Of a stretch of 14,358 nucleotides of DNA, positions 1 through 7,283 are shown piece by piece. The stretch's first letter is position 1. Every line of letters starts with the position of its first letter. Made by a program: the position numbers and the translations under genes. The DNA lies in IMG/VR virus record IMGVR_UViG_3300030125_000009; one strand, 5' to 3'. This DNA comes from a virus (lineage: Duplodnaviria > Heunggongvirae > Uroviricota > Caudoviricetes). The notes beneath the pieces were generated by a model that saw only the letters and a list, made by a program, of their open reading frames with translations, was not told the origin of the DNA and made no database searches.

Positions 1-646
<646 letters not shown>

Positions 647-688
647 TTAGGATATTGATATGAACATCTAAGCACCTCATTACTGTGC

Positions 689-1333
689 TTAAAAGATGTT
701 ATCCTTACCTGTTAATTTACCTTGAGGAACTTTAGTGAGCTCCATCCGATAAAATGCTTTTATCATATTTACAAATGGCTCATATGGTGAATATTCGTTG
801 TCTTGTTTAGTAACGGTGTCTGTCATTGTCCTGATGTAGTCTGCGCTTACCACGTTGTTGTATTCTGTTGCGAAGCAGCATAACAACGTCAGAACATGCT
901 CTGTCGTTATTTCGATCCAGTTGATGTTGAAAAACTCATCGCCTTTTTTATCGTGTTCGGAATCGAAGATGCTTTGGTGGAGGATGTATTTGCCGGATTC
1001 CTTGCGCGGTAACTTGATCGCTTTCTGGCGTTCCAGTTCCTTGTAAATCTGCATTGCTTCAATTAGTACCGGCCTGCCGTTCATGAAGGGATCGCGCAAC
1101 CTTACACGCTGGCCAACTCGACCGGTAATAAAGCTGTTTTCCTCTTCCACCAGCACGATAAAACCCTTTTCCTCTTTTTCTCGCAATTCGCGCAGCAGCT
1201 GGAGTTCCATATCGCGGCGGCGTTCAGGGTAGCTGGTCCGCTCAGCCATTATCAGCTCGTTGTTGATCCATGCAGCAGTCATTGACGCCGGTTTACCGAC
1301 GCTCATCGAAACAACGCATATTTTCTTATCCAT
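689..1333 (-). CDS. Hypothetical protein, 214 aa (position corresponds to P1 mat, not verified)
   Basis: Open frame with ATG at 1333-1331 preceded by GGGGG Shine-Dalgarno (tatagggggcgctATG). The track's longer 263-aa version starts at GTG 1480 with no ribosome-binding site. No motif I recognise. Confidence 0.55.
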   Translation of the reverse strand: MDKKICVVSMSVGKPASMTAAWINNELIMAERTSYPERRRDMELQLLRELREKEEKGFIVLVEEENSFITGRVGQRVRLRDPFMNGRPVLIEAMQIYKELERQKAIKLPRKESGKYILHQSIFDSEHDKKGDEFFNINWIEITTEHVLTLLCCFATEYNNVVSADYIRTMTDTVTKQDNEYSPYEPFVNMIKAFYRMELTKVPQGKLTGKDNIF

Positions 1334-1522
1334 AGCGCCCCCTATAAAAAAGAAAAGCCACCAGCGGCGGCTTAGCAATACAACTGAAGGTAGCGCCCGG
1401 TACTCAGACTGTGCCGTCCATGGAATATTTGAAAAGGGATCCATCCGTACCGGGCATGTGATGATTCTGACTGAAGTCACTTGTCAGTTGTCAATTATTT
1501 CAGATTAAAAATAATATATTTA

Positions 1523-2083
1523 TTAGTGCATGATGTTTGCCATCTCATAGGCGTCAGCCAGCAATTCCATCTCTGACTTGTTCAGCAAGGTGAATTCTTT
1601 CTTGCCTCCAACCACACCATCGGCATGAACGGGGACCAGCCAGGGGTATTTTTCTCTTACTTCAGCCGGTGCTGCATGCTAGTGGTGCCATCTACAAAGG
1701 GGCAATTGCTTTTTGTGACAACCCGGCGCGGTACGACCGGAGATATGGTGCAGAGACACCTCTTCAGATATTACTCCATGCATGTAGCAGGCAATGCAGG
1801 GGAGAGCGCCAAGAGCATTGGCGATGCTCCGTTCCTCCGCTGTCGGTGTTCGCCCCTTCAAGCCACGAGATTTTATCTTTACCGCACTTTTCCGCGTTTT
1901 GCTGGCTGGTGGGCGCTCTTTCTGTTTAGCGATACGACGGTCGATAGAATCCCGCATTTTCTGATATTGCGATTCTCGCCAGGCGGGGTCAGCCAACTTT
2001 TCCCGTTGCCGAGCGATCGCTCGTTCTCTGGCTGCCTTCTGCCACTCGCGGCGCTGTTCAAGTTTTTGTTCGATTGTTTTCAT
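1523..2083 (-). pseudogene. ref: ref (P1 recombination enhancement function, HNH-type nuclease) interrupted by in-frame TAG amber codon at 1681-1679; truncated product 134 aa, full frame 186 codons
   Basis: Translation from ATG 2083 gives MKTIEQKLEQRREWQKAARERAIARQ...CHKKQLPLCRWHH, then TAG, then the same frame continues HAAPAEVREKYPWLVPVHADGVVGGKKEFTLLNKSEMELLADAYEMANIMH to TAA at 1525-1523. The 186-codon total matches the P1 Ref length I recall. Confidence 0.75.
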
Positions 2084-2088
2084 ATGGC

Positions 2089-2114
2089 AAAAAAAAGGCG
2101 GCCTAATGGCCGCC
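2089..2114 (-). terminator. Intrinsic-terminator-like hairpin plus U8 in the ref 5' leader, ending 5 nt before the ref ATG
   Basis: Minus strand reads GGCGGCC-AUUA-GGCCGCC followed by UUUUUUUU then GCCAU-AUG; a 7-bp GC stem and a U-run are seen directly. Confidence 0.5.
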
Positions 2115-2174
2115 AATGATGTCAAGGAGTGAAGTAATGGCAACGTCTTCGTAGTTGACAAAAACTGCGGCTAA

Positions 2175-2198
2175 ATTATAGCAATCAATTAGAGCAAT
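2175..2198 (-). promoter_or_regulatory. C1 operator (Op2-like, 14/17 match to ATTGCTCTAATAAATTT) overlapping a perfect TATAAT -10 element upstream of ref
   Basis: Minus strand ATTGCTCTAATTGATTG at 2198-2182 followed by GCTATAATTTAG (TATAAT at 2180-2175); a second weaker overlapping operator-like copy ATTGCTATAATTTAGCC. Confidence 0.65.
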
Positions 2199-2304
2199 GG
2201 TAGATATTTTGTTTCTCGCGAATCACATTTTTTCACTTCAGTACCTGTGTGCTATACTCCTTCTTGATTGATTGGATGCGGAATACAAACCCGCTCTTTT
2301 GTGC

Positions 2305-2332
2305 AGCCTGGCTCCTTGCCAGGCTTTTTTTT
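2305..2332 (+). terminator. Rho-independent terminator on the plus strand (8-bp stem agcctggc/gccaggct, loop tcctt, T8 run)
   Basis: Hairpin and T-run seen directly; on the minus strand it is preceded by an A-run, so it is unidirectional for plus-strand transcripts. No convincing plus-strand gene lies upstream. Confidence 0.6.
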
Positions 2333-2642
2333 ATTTCATCATGGAAGCTGTTAACGCTTTGGACCTTGCTGAACTGATTGAAAGGGCATTGTTTACCTTA
2401 CCCAGGAGTTCGCCAAATTCCCCCATCACTCTAGTAAGCCCGCGCCGCGCTTCCTCCTCCGTTGCATTCATCACAAAATGTTCAGCACTCCGCATGCTTT
2501 TAACGGGGAACGCAACAGATATCGAGTCGATATCAGGCATCCTATCGCTCAACTTTACGGTGACAATGACAGATGGCGACAGAATATTAGTGCTTACAGA
2601 CAGCACTACATATTTTCCGTCGATGTTGAAATCCTTTCTCAT
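2331..2642 (-). CDS. Hypothetical protein, 103 aa, in the cre-ref intergenic position (position of P1 cra, not verified)
   Basis: ORF with ATG at 2642; a C1 operator match in the same orientation sits just upstream (2659-2675). An antisense plus-strand ORF (2272-2763) overlaps it, so coding strand is not certain; weak ribosome-binding site. Confidence 0.35.
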   Translation of the reverse strand: MRKDFNIDGKYVVLSVSTNILSPSVIVTVKLSDRMPDIDSISVAFPVKSMRSAEHFVMNATEEEARRGLTRVMGEFGELLGKVNNALSISSARSKALTASMMK

Positions 2643-2658
2643 ATGCCACCATAAATAT

Positions 2659-2675
2659 CAAAAAATTAGAGCAAT
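2659..2675 (-). promoter_or_regulatory. C1 operator-like site (13/17 match) upstream of the 103-aa ORF
   Basis: Minus strand ATTGCTCTAATTTTTTG; the first 11 positions match the consensus exactly. Confidence 0.5.
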
Positions 2676-2692
2676 CATTTACGTGTTAATGG

Positions 2693-3724
2693 CTAATTGC
2701 CATCTTCCAGCAGGCGCACCATTGCCCCTGTTTCACTATCCAGGTTACGGATATAGTTCATGACAATATTTACGTTGGTCCAGCCACCAGCTTGCATGAT
2801 CTCCGGTATTGAAACTCCGGCACGGGCCATATCTCGCGCGGCTCCGACACGGGCACTGTGTCCAGACCAGGCCAGGTACCTCTGTCCAGAGTCATCCTTA
2901 GCCCCGTAAATCAATCGGTGAGTTGCTTCAAAAATCCCTTCTAGGGCGCGAGTTGATAGCTGGCTGGTGGGTGATGGCGAGGCAACACCATTTTTTCTGA
3001 CCCGGCAAAACAGGTAGTTATTCGGATCATCAGCCACACCAGAGACAGAAATCCATCGTTCGACCAGTTTAGTTACCCCCAGGCTAAGTGCCTTCTCTAC
3101 ACCTGCGGTGCTAACCAGCGTTTTCGTTCTGCCAATATGGATTAACATTCTCCCACCGTCAGTACGTGAGATATCTTTAACCCTGATCCTGGCAATTTCG
3201 GCTATACGTAACAGGGTGTTATAAGCAATCCCCAGAAATGCCAGATTACGTATATCCTGGCAGCGATCGCTATTTTCCATGAGTGAACGAACCTGGTCGA
3301 AATCAGTGCGTTCGAACGCTAGTGCCTGTTTTGCACGTTCACCGGCATCAACGTTTTCTTTTCGGATCCGCCGCATAACCAGTGAAACAGCATTGCTATC
3401 ACTTGGTCGCTGCAGCCCGGACCGACGATGAAGCATGTTTAGCTGGCCCAAATGTTGCTGGATAGTTTTTACTGCCAGACCGCGCGCCTGAAGATATAGA
3501 AGATAATCGCGAACATCTTCAGGTTCTGCGGGAAACCATTTCCGGTTATTCAACTTGCACCATGCCGCCCACGACCGGCAAACGGACAGAAGCATTTTCC
3601 AGGTATGCTCAGAAAACGCCTGGCGATCCCTGAACATGTCCATCAGGTTCTTGCGAACCTCATCACTCGTTGCATCGACCGGCAATGCAGGCAAATTTTG
3701 GTGTACGGTCAGTAAATTGGACAT
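2693..3724 (-). CDS. cre: Cre site-specific tyrosine recombinase, 343 aa (variant)
   Basis: Translation MSNLLTVHQNLPALPVDATSDEVRKNLMDMFRDRQAFSEHTWKMLLSVCRSWAAWCKLNNRKWFPAEPEDVRDYLLYLQARGLAVKTIQQH... is Cre. It differs from the canonical Cre I remember at three positions (GVASPSPTSQ versus GVAAPSATSQ; C-terminal GN versus GD). Confidence 0.97.
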   Translation of the reverse strand: MSNLLTVHQNLPALPVDATSDEVRKNLMDMFRDRQAFSEHTWKMLLSVCRSWAAWCKLNNRKWFPAEPEDVRDYLLYLQARGLAVKTIQQHLGQLNMLHRRSGLQRPSDSNAVSLVMRRIRKENVDAGERAKQALAFERTDFDQVRSLMENSDRCQDIRNLAFLGIAYNTLLRIAEIARIRVKDISRTDGGRMLIHIGRTKTLVSTAGVEKALSLGVTKLVERWISVSGVADDPNNYLFCRVRKNGVASPSPTSQLSTRALEGIFEATHRLIYGAKDDSGQRYLAWSGHSARVGAARDMARAGVSIPEIMQAGGWTNVNIVMNYIRNLDSETGAMVRLLEDGN

Positions 3725-3731
3725 TTGACAC

Positions 3732-3953
3732 TCAGATAATGGTTTTAAGTAAAGTGTACAGGATCGGCTCTGCCTTTACCTGTTTATGGTTCTCGTCATA
3801 GAAACGCCAACGACCGCGACTGCGTTCTATCTTTTCTTCACCGCGCGATAATGACAGTTGACAACTATCACGATCAAACCCTTTTGCCCGCCAGTAACCA
3901 CGATTTTTCTCAAGCTCAAGATGAGTGGACACTTTAGCAGCTGAATATCCCAT
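3732..3953 (-). CDS. Hypothetical small basic protein, 73 aa, immediately upstream of cre (stop 7 nt before the cre ATG)
   Basis: ATG at 3953 preceded by AGAGGTGAAAA (good Shine-Dalgarno); product MGYSAAKVSTHLELEKNRGYWRAKGFDRDSCQLSLSRGEEKIERSRGRWRFYDENHKQVKAEPILYTLLKTII is rich in R/K. No homolog recognised from memory. Confidence 0.5.
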   Translation of the reverse strand: MGYSAAKVSTHLELEKNRGYWRAKGFDRDSCQLSLSRGEEKIERSRGRWRFYDENHKQVKAEPILYTLLKTII

Positions 3954-4142
3954 TTTTCACCTCTGATTGATTGGTGGTGCTAAGTGCGCTACGCGAAATC
4001 TGGAGCACTAACACTGCCAACATTTCGCAGATTTTACGTAGCGCAACCTTGATCAAATGATCAAGTGATCACTATTTGACCTGATAAGGTATTGAGCTGT
4101 ATGGATTTACAGGTAAATTGATCATGTTCAATAACCCTTAAG

Positions 4143-4176
4143 ATAACTTCGTATAATGTATGCTATACGAAGTTAT
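4143..4176 (-). other. loxP: loxP recombination site (34 bp, perfect: 13-bp inverted repeats ATAACTTCGTATA flanking spacer ATGTATGC)
   Basis: Exact string ataacttcgtataatgtatgctatacgaagttat; spacer orientation is consistent with cre on the minus strand. Confidence 0.97.
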
Positions 4177-4219
4177 CAGGTCCGAAGAGGAGTTTACGTC
4201 CAGCCGCGCACAAAAATCA

Positions 4220-4236
4220 AGAATTATTAGAGCAAT
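4220..4236 (-). promoter_or_regulatory. C1 operator (Op99-like, 15/17 match), minus-strand orientation, between loxP and coi
   Basis: Minus strand ATTGCTCTAATAATTCT; its orientation points toward loxP and cre. Confidence 0.6.
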
Positions 4237-4296
4237 AAATTTTGAGAGAAAAATCCCACTCCACCAGCTAAAAACTGGATTGTTTTTCATAGTTGT

Positions 4297-4323
4297 TTGA
4301 CAATTGCTCTAATAAATTATAGT
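4297..4323 (+). promoter_or_regulatory. Candidate coi-c1 promoter with embedded C1 operator (16/17 match): -35 TTGACA 4297-4302, operator ATTGCTCTAATAAATTA 4303-4319, -10 TATAGT 4318-4323
   Basis: Seen directly; the operator overlaps the promoter spacer, the classic arrangement for repressor autoregulation. Confidence 0.7.
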
Positions 4324-4557
4324 TTTGCCGCCGTTACGTAATACGACTTTGGATTCACTATTTAATGTGTCTTCAGCGTTGTAGAGCGGCTCAAAAGGAA
4401 ATGAGCAAACAGGGAAACCTTATACAACGGCATTACAGCTATGCATTGCTCATCTTACACACAGCGCAATGTTGTTAGATTACCCCAGCATGGATCATGG
4501 GTGAAACAGTAGGTCAGAGCTTCAGGCTCTGTGTTGTCAATACAGTGAGGCATAATT

Positions 4558-4767
4558 ATGGCTTTCATTCAACCAACCATCGACGACGTTAGACATTGCT
4601 CTAACGCTTTATCTGTAGACCCTGCCGAAACCGACGCTGCCCGCGCCATTGCTGAACACTACTCAAAGATATCCAATCAGGAGTACCGCATCACCCAAGA
4701 CGACCTGGATGACCTCACTGACACAATCGAATATCTCATGGCAACTAACCAGTTAGACTCACAATAA
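4558..4767 (+). CDS. coi: Coi, C1 inactivator, 69 aa
   Basis: Translation MAFIQPTIDDVRHCSNALSVDPAETDAARAIAEHYSKISNQEYRITQDDLDDLTDTIEYLMATNQLDSQ; size and position immediately upstream of c1 match P1 coi; Shine-Dalgarno GTGAGG upstream. Confidence 0.85.
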   Translation: MAFIQPTIDDVRHCSNALSVDPAETDAARAIAEHYSKISNQEYRITQDDLDDLTDTIEYLMATNQLDSQ

Positions 4768-4877
4768 ATGCACTAATAAATCTATTATTTTTGTTTGATC
4801 CCTCTATAATATAGGTCAGTAATGACCGGTTTTCTCAGCCGAGCGTTATTGACCATGTCAATTCTGGAGGAGGATCA

Positions 4878-5729
4878 ATGATAAATTATGTCTACGGCGA
4901 ACAACTGTACCAGGAGTTCGTCAGCTTCAGGGATCTCTTTCTAAAAAAAGCTGTTGCACGCGCCCAACACGTTGATACAGCCAGCGACGGTCGTCCTGTA
5001 CGCCCGGTTGTCGTTCTACCGTTCAAAGAAACTGACAGCATTCAGGCTGAAATTGATAAATGGACTTTAATGGCGCGGGAACTGGAACAGTACCCAGACC
5101 TCAATATCCCAAAGACTATTTTATATCCAGTGCCTAACATCCTTCGCGGTGTGCGCAAGGTTACAACTTATCAGACAGAAGCTGTGAACAGCGTCAACAT
5201 GACCGCTGGCCGCATTATTCATCTGATTGATAAGGACATTCGCATCCAAAAAAGCGCGGGGATCAATGAGCACAGTGCGAAATACATAGAGAACCTGGAA
5301 GCAACAAAAGAGCTAATGAGGCAGTACCCGGAGGATGAAAAATTCCGTATGCGCGTACACGGCTTTAGCGAAACAATGCTGCGCGTCCATTACATTTCCA
5401 GTAGCCCTAACTACAATGATGGTAAATCAGTTAGTTACCATGTGCCGCTGTGTGGTGTGTTTATCTGCGATGAAACTCTCCGTGATGGAATCATCATCAA
5501 CGGTGAATTCGAGAAAGCAAAATTTAGCCTTTATGACTCTATAGAACCGATCATCTGCGACCGCTGGCCGCAGGCAAAAATATATCGCCTGGCAGATATT
5601 GAAAATGTAAAAAAACAAATTGCCATCACTCGCGAAGAGAAAAAGGTCAAATCAGCCGCATCAGTTACGCGCAGCCGTAAAACCAAGAAGGGGCAGCCAG
5701 TAAACGACAACCCCGAAAGCGCGCAATAA
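4878..5729 (+). CDS. c1: C1 repressor of lysogeny, 283 aa
   Basis: Translation MINYVYGEQLYQEFVSFRDLFLKKAVARAQHVD... at 283 aa matches P1 C1 as I recall it; strong Shine-Dalgarno GGAGGAGG; many copies of its operator are present in the window. Confidence 0.93.
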   Translation: MINYVYGEQLYQEFVSFRDLFLKKAVARAQHVDTASDGRPVRPVVVLPFKETDSIQAEIDKWTLMARELEQYPDLNIPKTILYPVPNILRGVRKVTTYQTEAVNSVNMTAGRIIHLIDKDIRIQKSAGINEHSAKYIENLEATKELMRQYPEDEKFRMRVHGFSETMLRVHYISSSPNYNDGKSVSYHVPLCGVFICDETLRDGIIINGEFEKAKFSLYDSIEPIICDRWPQAKIYRLADIENVKKQIAITREEKKVKSAASVTRSRKTKKGQPVNDNPESAQ

Positions 5730-5734
5730 ATTAT

Positions 5735-5752
5735 GCCCGGCATCAACCGGGC
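5735..5752. terminator. GC-rich hairpin (gcccgg-catcaa-ccgggc) between convergent c1 and ant; possible bidirectional terminator
   Basis: A 6-bp GC stem seen directly, flanked by T/A-rich sequence on both sides; sits in the 32-bp gap between the two stop codons. Confidence 0.45.
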
Positions 5753-5761
5753 ATTCTTCCA

Positions 5762-6628
5762 TTATTCAGCCGCCACCGGTTTTAACAAGCCAGCATCGAG
5801 CAGTTTACGCGTCAACCACTGCTGGCCTTTACCCGTTAATTGAGGCGTCAACCGTATCTGGTAGCCATCTTCATCATCCAGCACCACTTCTTTCACCGTG
5901 AAATACCCCGCGTTGATGTACTGCTGGAACGGCACATTTTTACGTCCACCGGACGCTATCAGGATGCCGTTCTCCCGTAACCAGACAAACAGCGCGTTTT
6001 GCTTAAGTCCAACAACCTTTGCAAAATTCCCAATCAGGATCCCTTTAGCTACTGATACCCGGTCGGCAAAATCGACTTTAGGAGCGGCGGCCACCAGCTG
6101 CTGATTTAGCTGGTGGGCTTTCTGTTCCAGAAGCTGCTTTTGTTCAGCCAGTTCGGCAGCCAGGCGCAGAGCTTCTGGAAGCGTCTGGGGGATTGCAACC
6201 GGTTGCTGTTCTTTTTGCCGGAAGTAGCTGTCTTCCAGTTTTTCAAAGAATGCCCATGCCTGATCGGTTTCGAGCATTTTAGCGTGGCGGGCTGCGCCGC
6301 GTTCCGTCCAGAGGATGAGTGAGCGGGCTTTAGGAGAGATAGGATTTTGTGAGTTACTTAAAGTCACCCGCAAATTGTTCAAATCATCTCCAATAACTTT
6401 ATAGAAATGCTTGCCTTCACAAAAACGTTCAGCATTACGGGAAAAGTTCTTCTTGATGTTATCCGCATCTGTCCCATACCCCTTAGCAAGGATCTTAGTT
6501 GTCACTACACGCACTCCCTGCCACTCTAGAACGGGAATTTCATCCGGCTGACTTTGAACAACCACCAGTTCTGATTCCTGAACTAAAGGTGTATTAATTT
6601 TTTCAGATTTAACGTTAGTAGCTTTCAT
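5762..6628 (-). CDS. ant2: Ant2, 288 aa, in-frame internal initiation product of the ant ORF
   Basis: Internal ATG at 6628 (MKATNVKSEK...) has its own strong Shine-Dalgarno AAGGAGG 8 nt upstream, in the same frame as ant1; this mirrors the P1 ant1/ant2 arrangement. Confidence 0.6.
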   Translation of the reverse strand: MKATNVKSEKINTPLVQESELVVVQSQPDEIPVLEWQGVRVVTTKILAKGYGTDADNIKKNFSRNAERFCEGKHFYKVIGDDLNNLRVTLSNSQNPISPKARSLILWTERGAARHAKMLETDQAWAFFEKLEDSYFRQKEQQPVAIPQTLPEALRLAAELAEQKQLLEQKAHQLNQQLVAAAPKVDFADRVSVAKGILIGNFAKVVGLKQNALFVWLRENGILIASGGRKNVPFQQYINAGYFTVKEVVLDDEDGYQIRLTPQLTGKGQQWLTRKLLDAGLLKPVAAE

Positions 6629-6877
6629 TCTGTGTGCCTCCTTGCGTGTTTCGGCTGCGACGGTTGCGTAATTCAGATGCCCCTGTTCGAGCAGGTATTC
6701 ACGGATATCAGACAGCAGGATACGGTGAACAGCGTTCTTGTCCTTTCTCCGGTAAAGTTGTTTGGTGATCATGAAGTAGTTGGCAATAACGCCAGGTATA
6801 TCCCTGGTACTGATACAGGCAGAGTGCTGTTCAATTGCCTCGATCATCTCTTCACGGGTAACTAACGATGTTCTCAT
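5762..6877 (-). CDS. ant1: Antirepressor Ant1, 371 aa (ORF6N/KilA-N-like N-terminal region plus Ant C-terminal domain); a second in-frame start gives Ant2
   Basis: ATG at 6877 preceded by AGGAGGG; the icd stop overlaps it (ATGA). Antirepressor-family domain assignment is from memory of the family, not from a search. Confidence 0.8.
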   Translation of the reverse strand: MRTSLVTREEMIEAIEQHSACISTRDIPGVIANYFMITKQLYRRKDKNAVHRILLSDIREYLLEQGHLNYATVAAETRKEAHRMKATNVKSEKINTPLVQESELVVVQSQPDEIPVLEWQGVRVVTTKILAKGYGTDADNIKKNFSRNAERFCEGKHFYKVIGDDLNNLRVTLSNSQNPISPKARSLILWTERGAARHAKMLETDQAWAFFEKLEDSYFRQKEQQPVAIPQTLPEALRLAAELAEQKQLLEQKAHQLNQQLVAAAPKVDFADRVSVAKGILIGNFAKVVGLKQNALFVWLRENGILIASGGRKNVPFQQYINAGYFTVKEVVLDDEDGYQIRLTPQLTGKGQQWLTRKLLDAGLLKPVAAE

Positions 6878-7095
6878 AGTCCCTCCTGAGCAGAAGCGTT
6901 AACAGGGAGGCACCAGTAACTGAGAGAATTGCGTGAATCAGTGGAAAAACGGGCAGAGAAAATACATGGGGCGTCAGGAAGCTGAGAGCGGGCCTCATCT
7001 TCTGTCGGTGCAATAACGAAGTGATAGTGACGTTTTTGGCAGGAGTAAAAGCGCCAGATAAATTCAGGATGAGTTGGGGTAGGGATAGTAGCCAT
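6874..7095 (-). CDS. icd: Icd-like protein (interference with cell division), 73 aa, translationally coupled to ant1
   Basis: ATG at 7095 preceded by AAGGAGG; product MATIPTPTHPEFIWRFYSCQKRHYHFVIAPTEDEARSQLPDAPCIFSARFSTDSRNSLSYWCLPVNASAQEGL; TGA stop overlaps the ant1 ATG; 73 codons equals the P1 icd length as I recall. Confidence 0.7.
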   Translation of the reverse strand: MATIPTPTHPEFIWRFYSCQKRHYHFVIAPTEDEARSQLPDAPCIFSARFSTDSRNSLSYWCLPVNASAQEGL

Positions 7096-7151
7096 ATTGG
7101 CAGCCTCCTTAGACGTTGGTATGTAACCACCGCAGAAGAGACCAATCTTGC

Positions 7152-7231
7152 TGGCGGTGGACTGTACGGAGTTGGCCTTACTGGCGTCCAAGGTAACCAG
7201 CCTACCCGAAGGTAGCCCCATACAGCCCACC
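7152..7231 (-). ncRNA. c4: Candidate c4-like antisense repressor RNA (about 80 nt, tRNA-like terminal stem, 3' GCCA)
   Basis: On the minus strand, GGUGGGCUGUAU pairs with GUACAGUCCACC as a 12-bp terminal stem, followed by GCCA; internal 5-bp hairpin with UUCG loop; the segment CCUUGGACG is complementary (9 bp, one G-U) to CGUCUAAGG, which overlaps the icd ribosome-binding site. Boundaries are approximate. Confidence 0.45.
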
Positions 7232-7260
7232 ATTGTAGAGGTGTGCGTGTACGCCGATAC

Positions 7261-7283
7261 AAAAAAAAGACGCGAGCGGCGTC
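7261..7283 (-). terminator. Rho-independent terminator downstream of pacB (hairpin GACGC-CGCUC-GCGUC plus U8)
   Basis: Hairpin followed by an 8-U run on the minus strand, about 150 nt after the pacB stop. Confidence 0.6.

Noticed and set aside
855-1508. Plus-strand ORFs (855-1046 and 1260-1508) overlapping the 214-aa gene
   Set aside because: Antisense to a well-initiated minus-strand gene; no ribosome-binding sites.
1625-2161. Plus-strand ORFs 1625-2119 and 1669-1929, and the minus-strand N-terminal extension of ref to 2161
   Set aside because: Plus-strand ORFs are antisense to ref. The extension to 2161 starts at TTG and would translate through the leader terminator hairpin; the conserved Ref N-terminus begins at ATG 2083.
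2272-2763. Plus-strand ORF of 163 aa between ref and cre
   Set aside because: Starts at TTG, contains the strong plus-strand terminator (2305-2332) within its 5' part, and overlaps the 3' end of cre; the C1 operator orientation favours the minus-strand ORF. Not fully excluded.
4177-4557. Possible small imcA/imcB-like ORFs between loxP and coi (for example a 26-codon ORF at 4401)
   Set aside because: Only very short ORFs with poor ribosome-binding-site spacing; cannot be supported from sequence alone.
5335-5746. ORFs 5335-5544 (+), 5427-5618 (-) and 5531-5746 (-) inside c1
   Set aside because: Internal or antisense to the confirmed c1 repressor gene.
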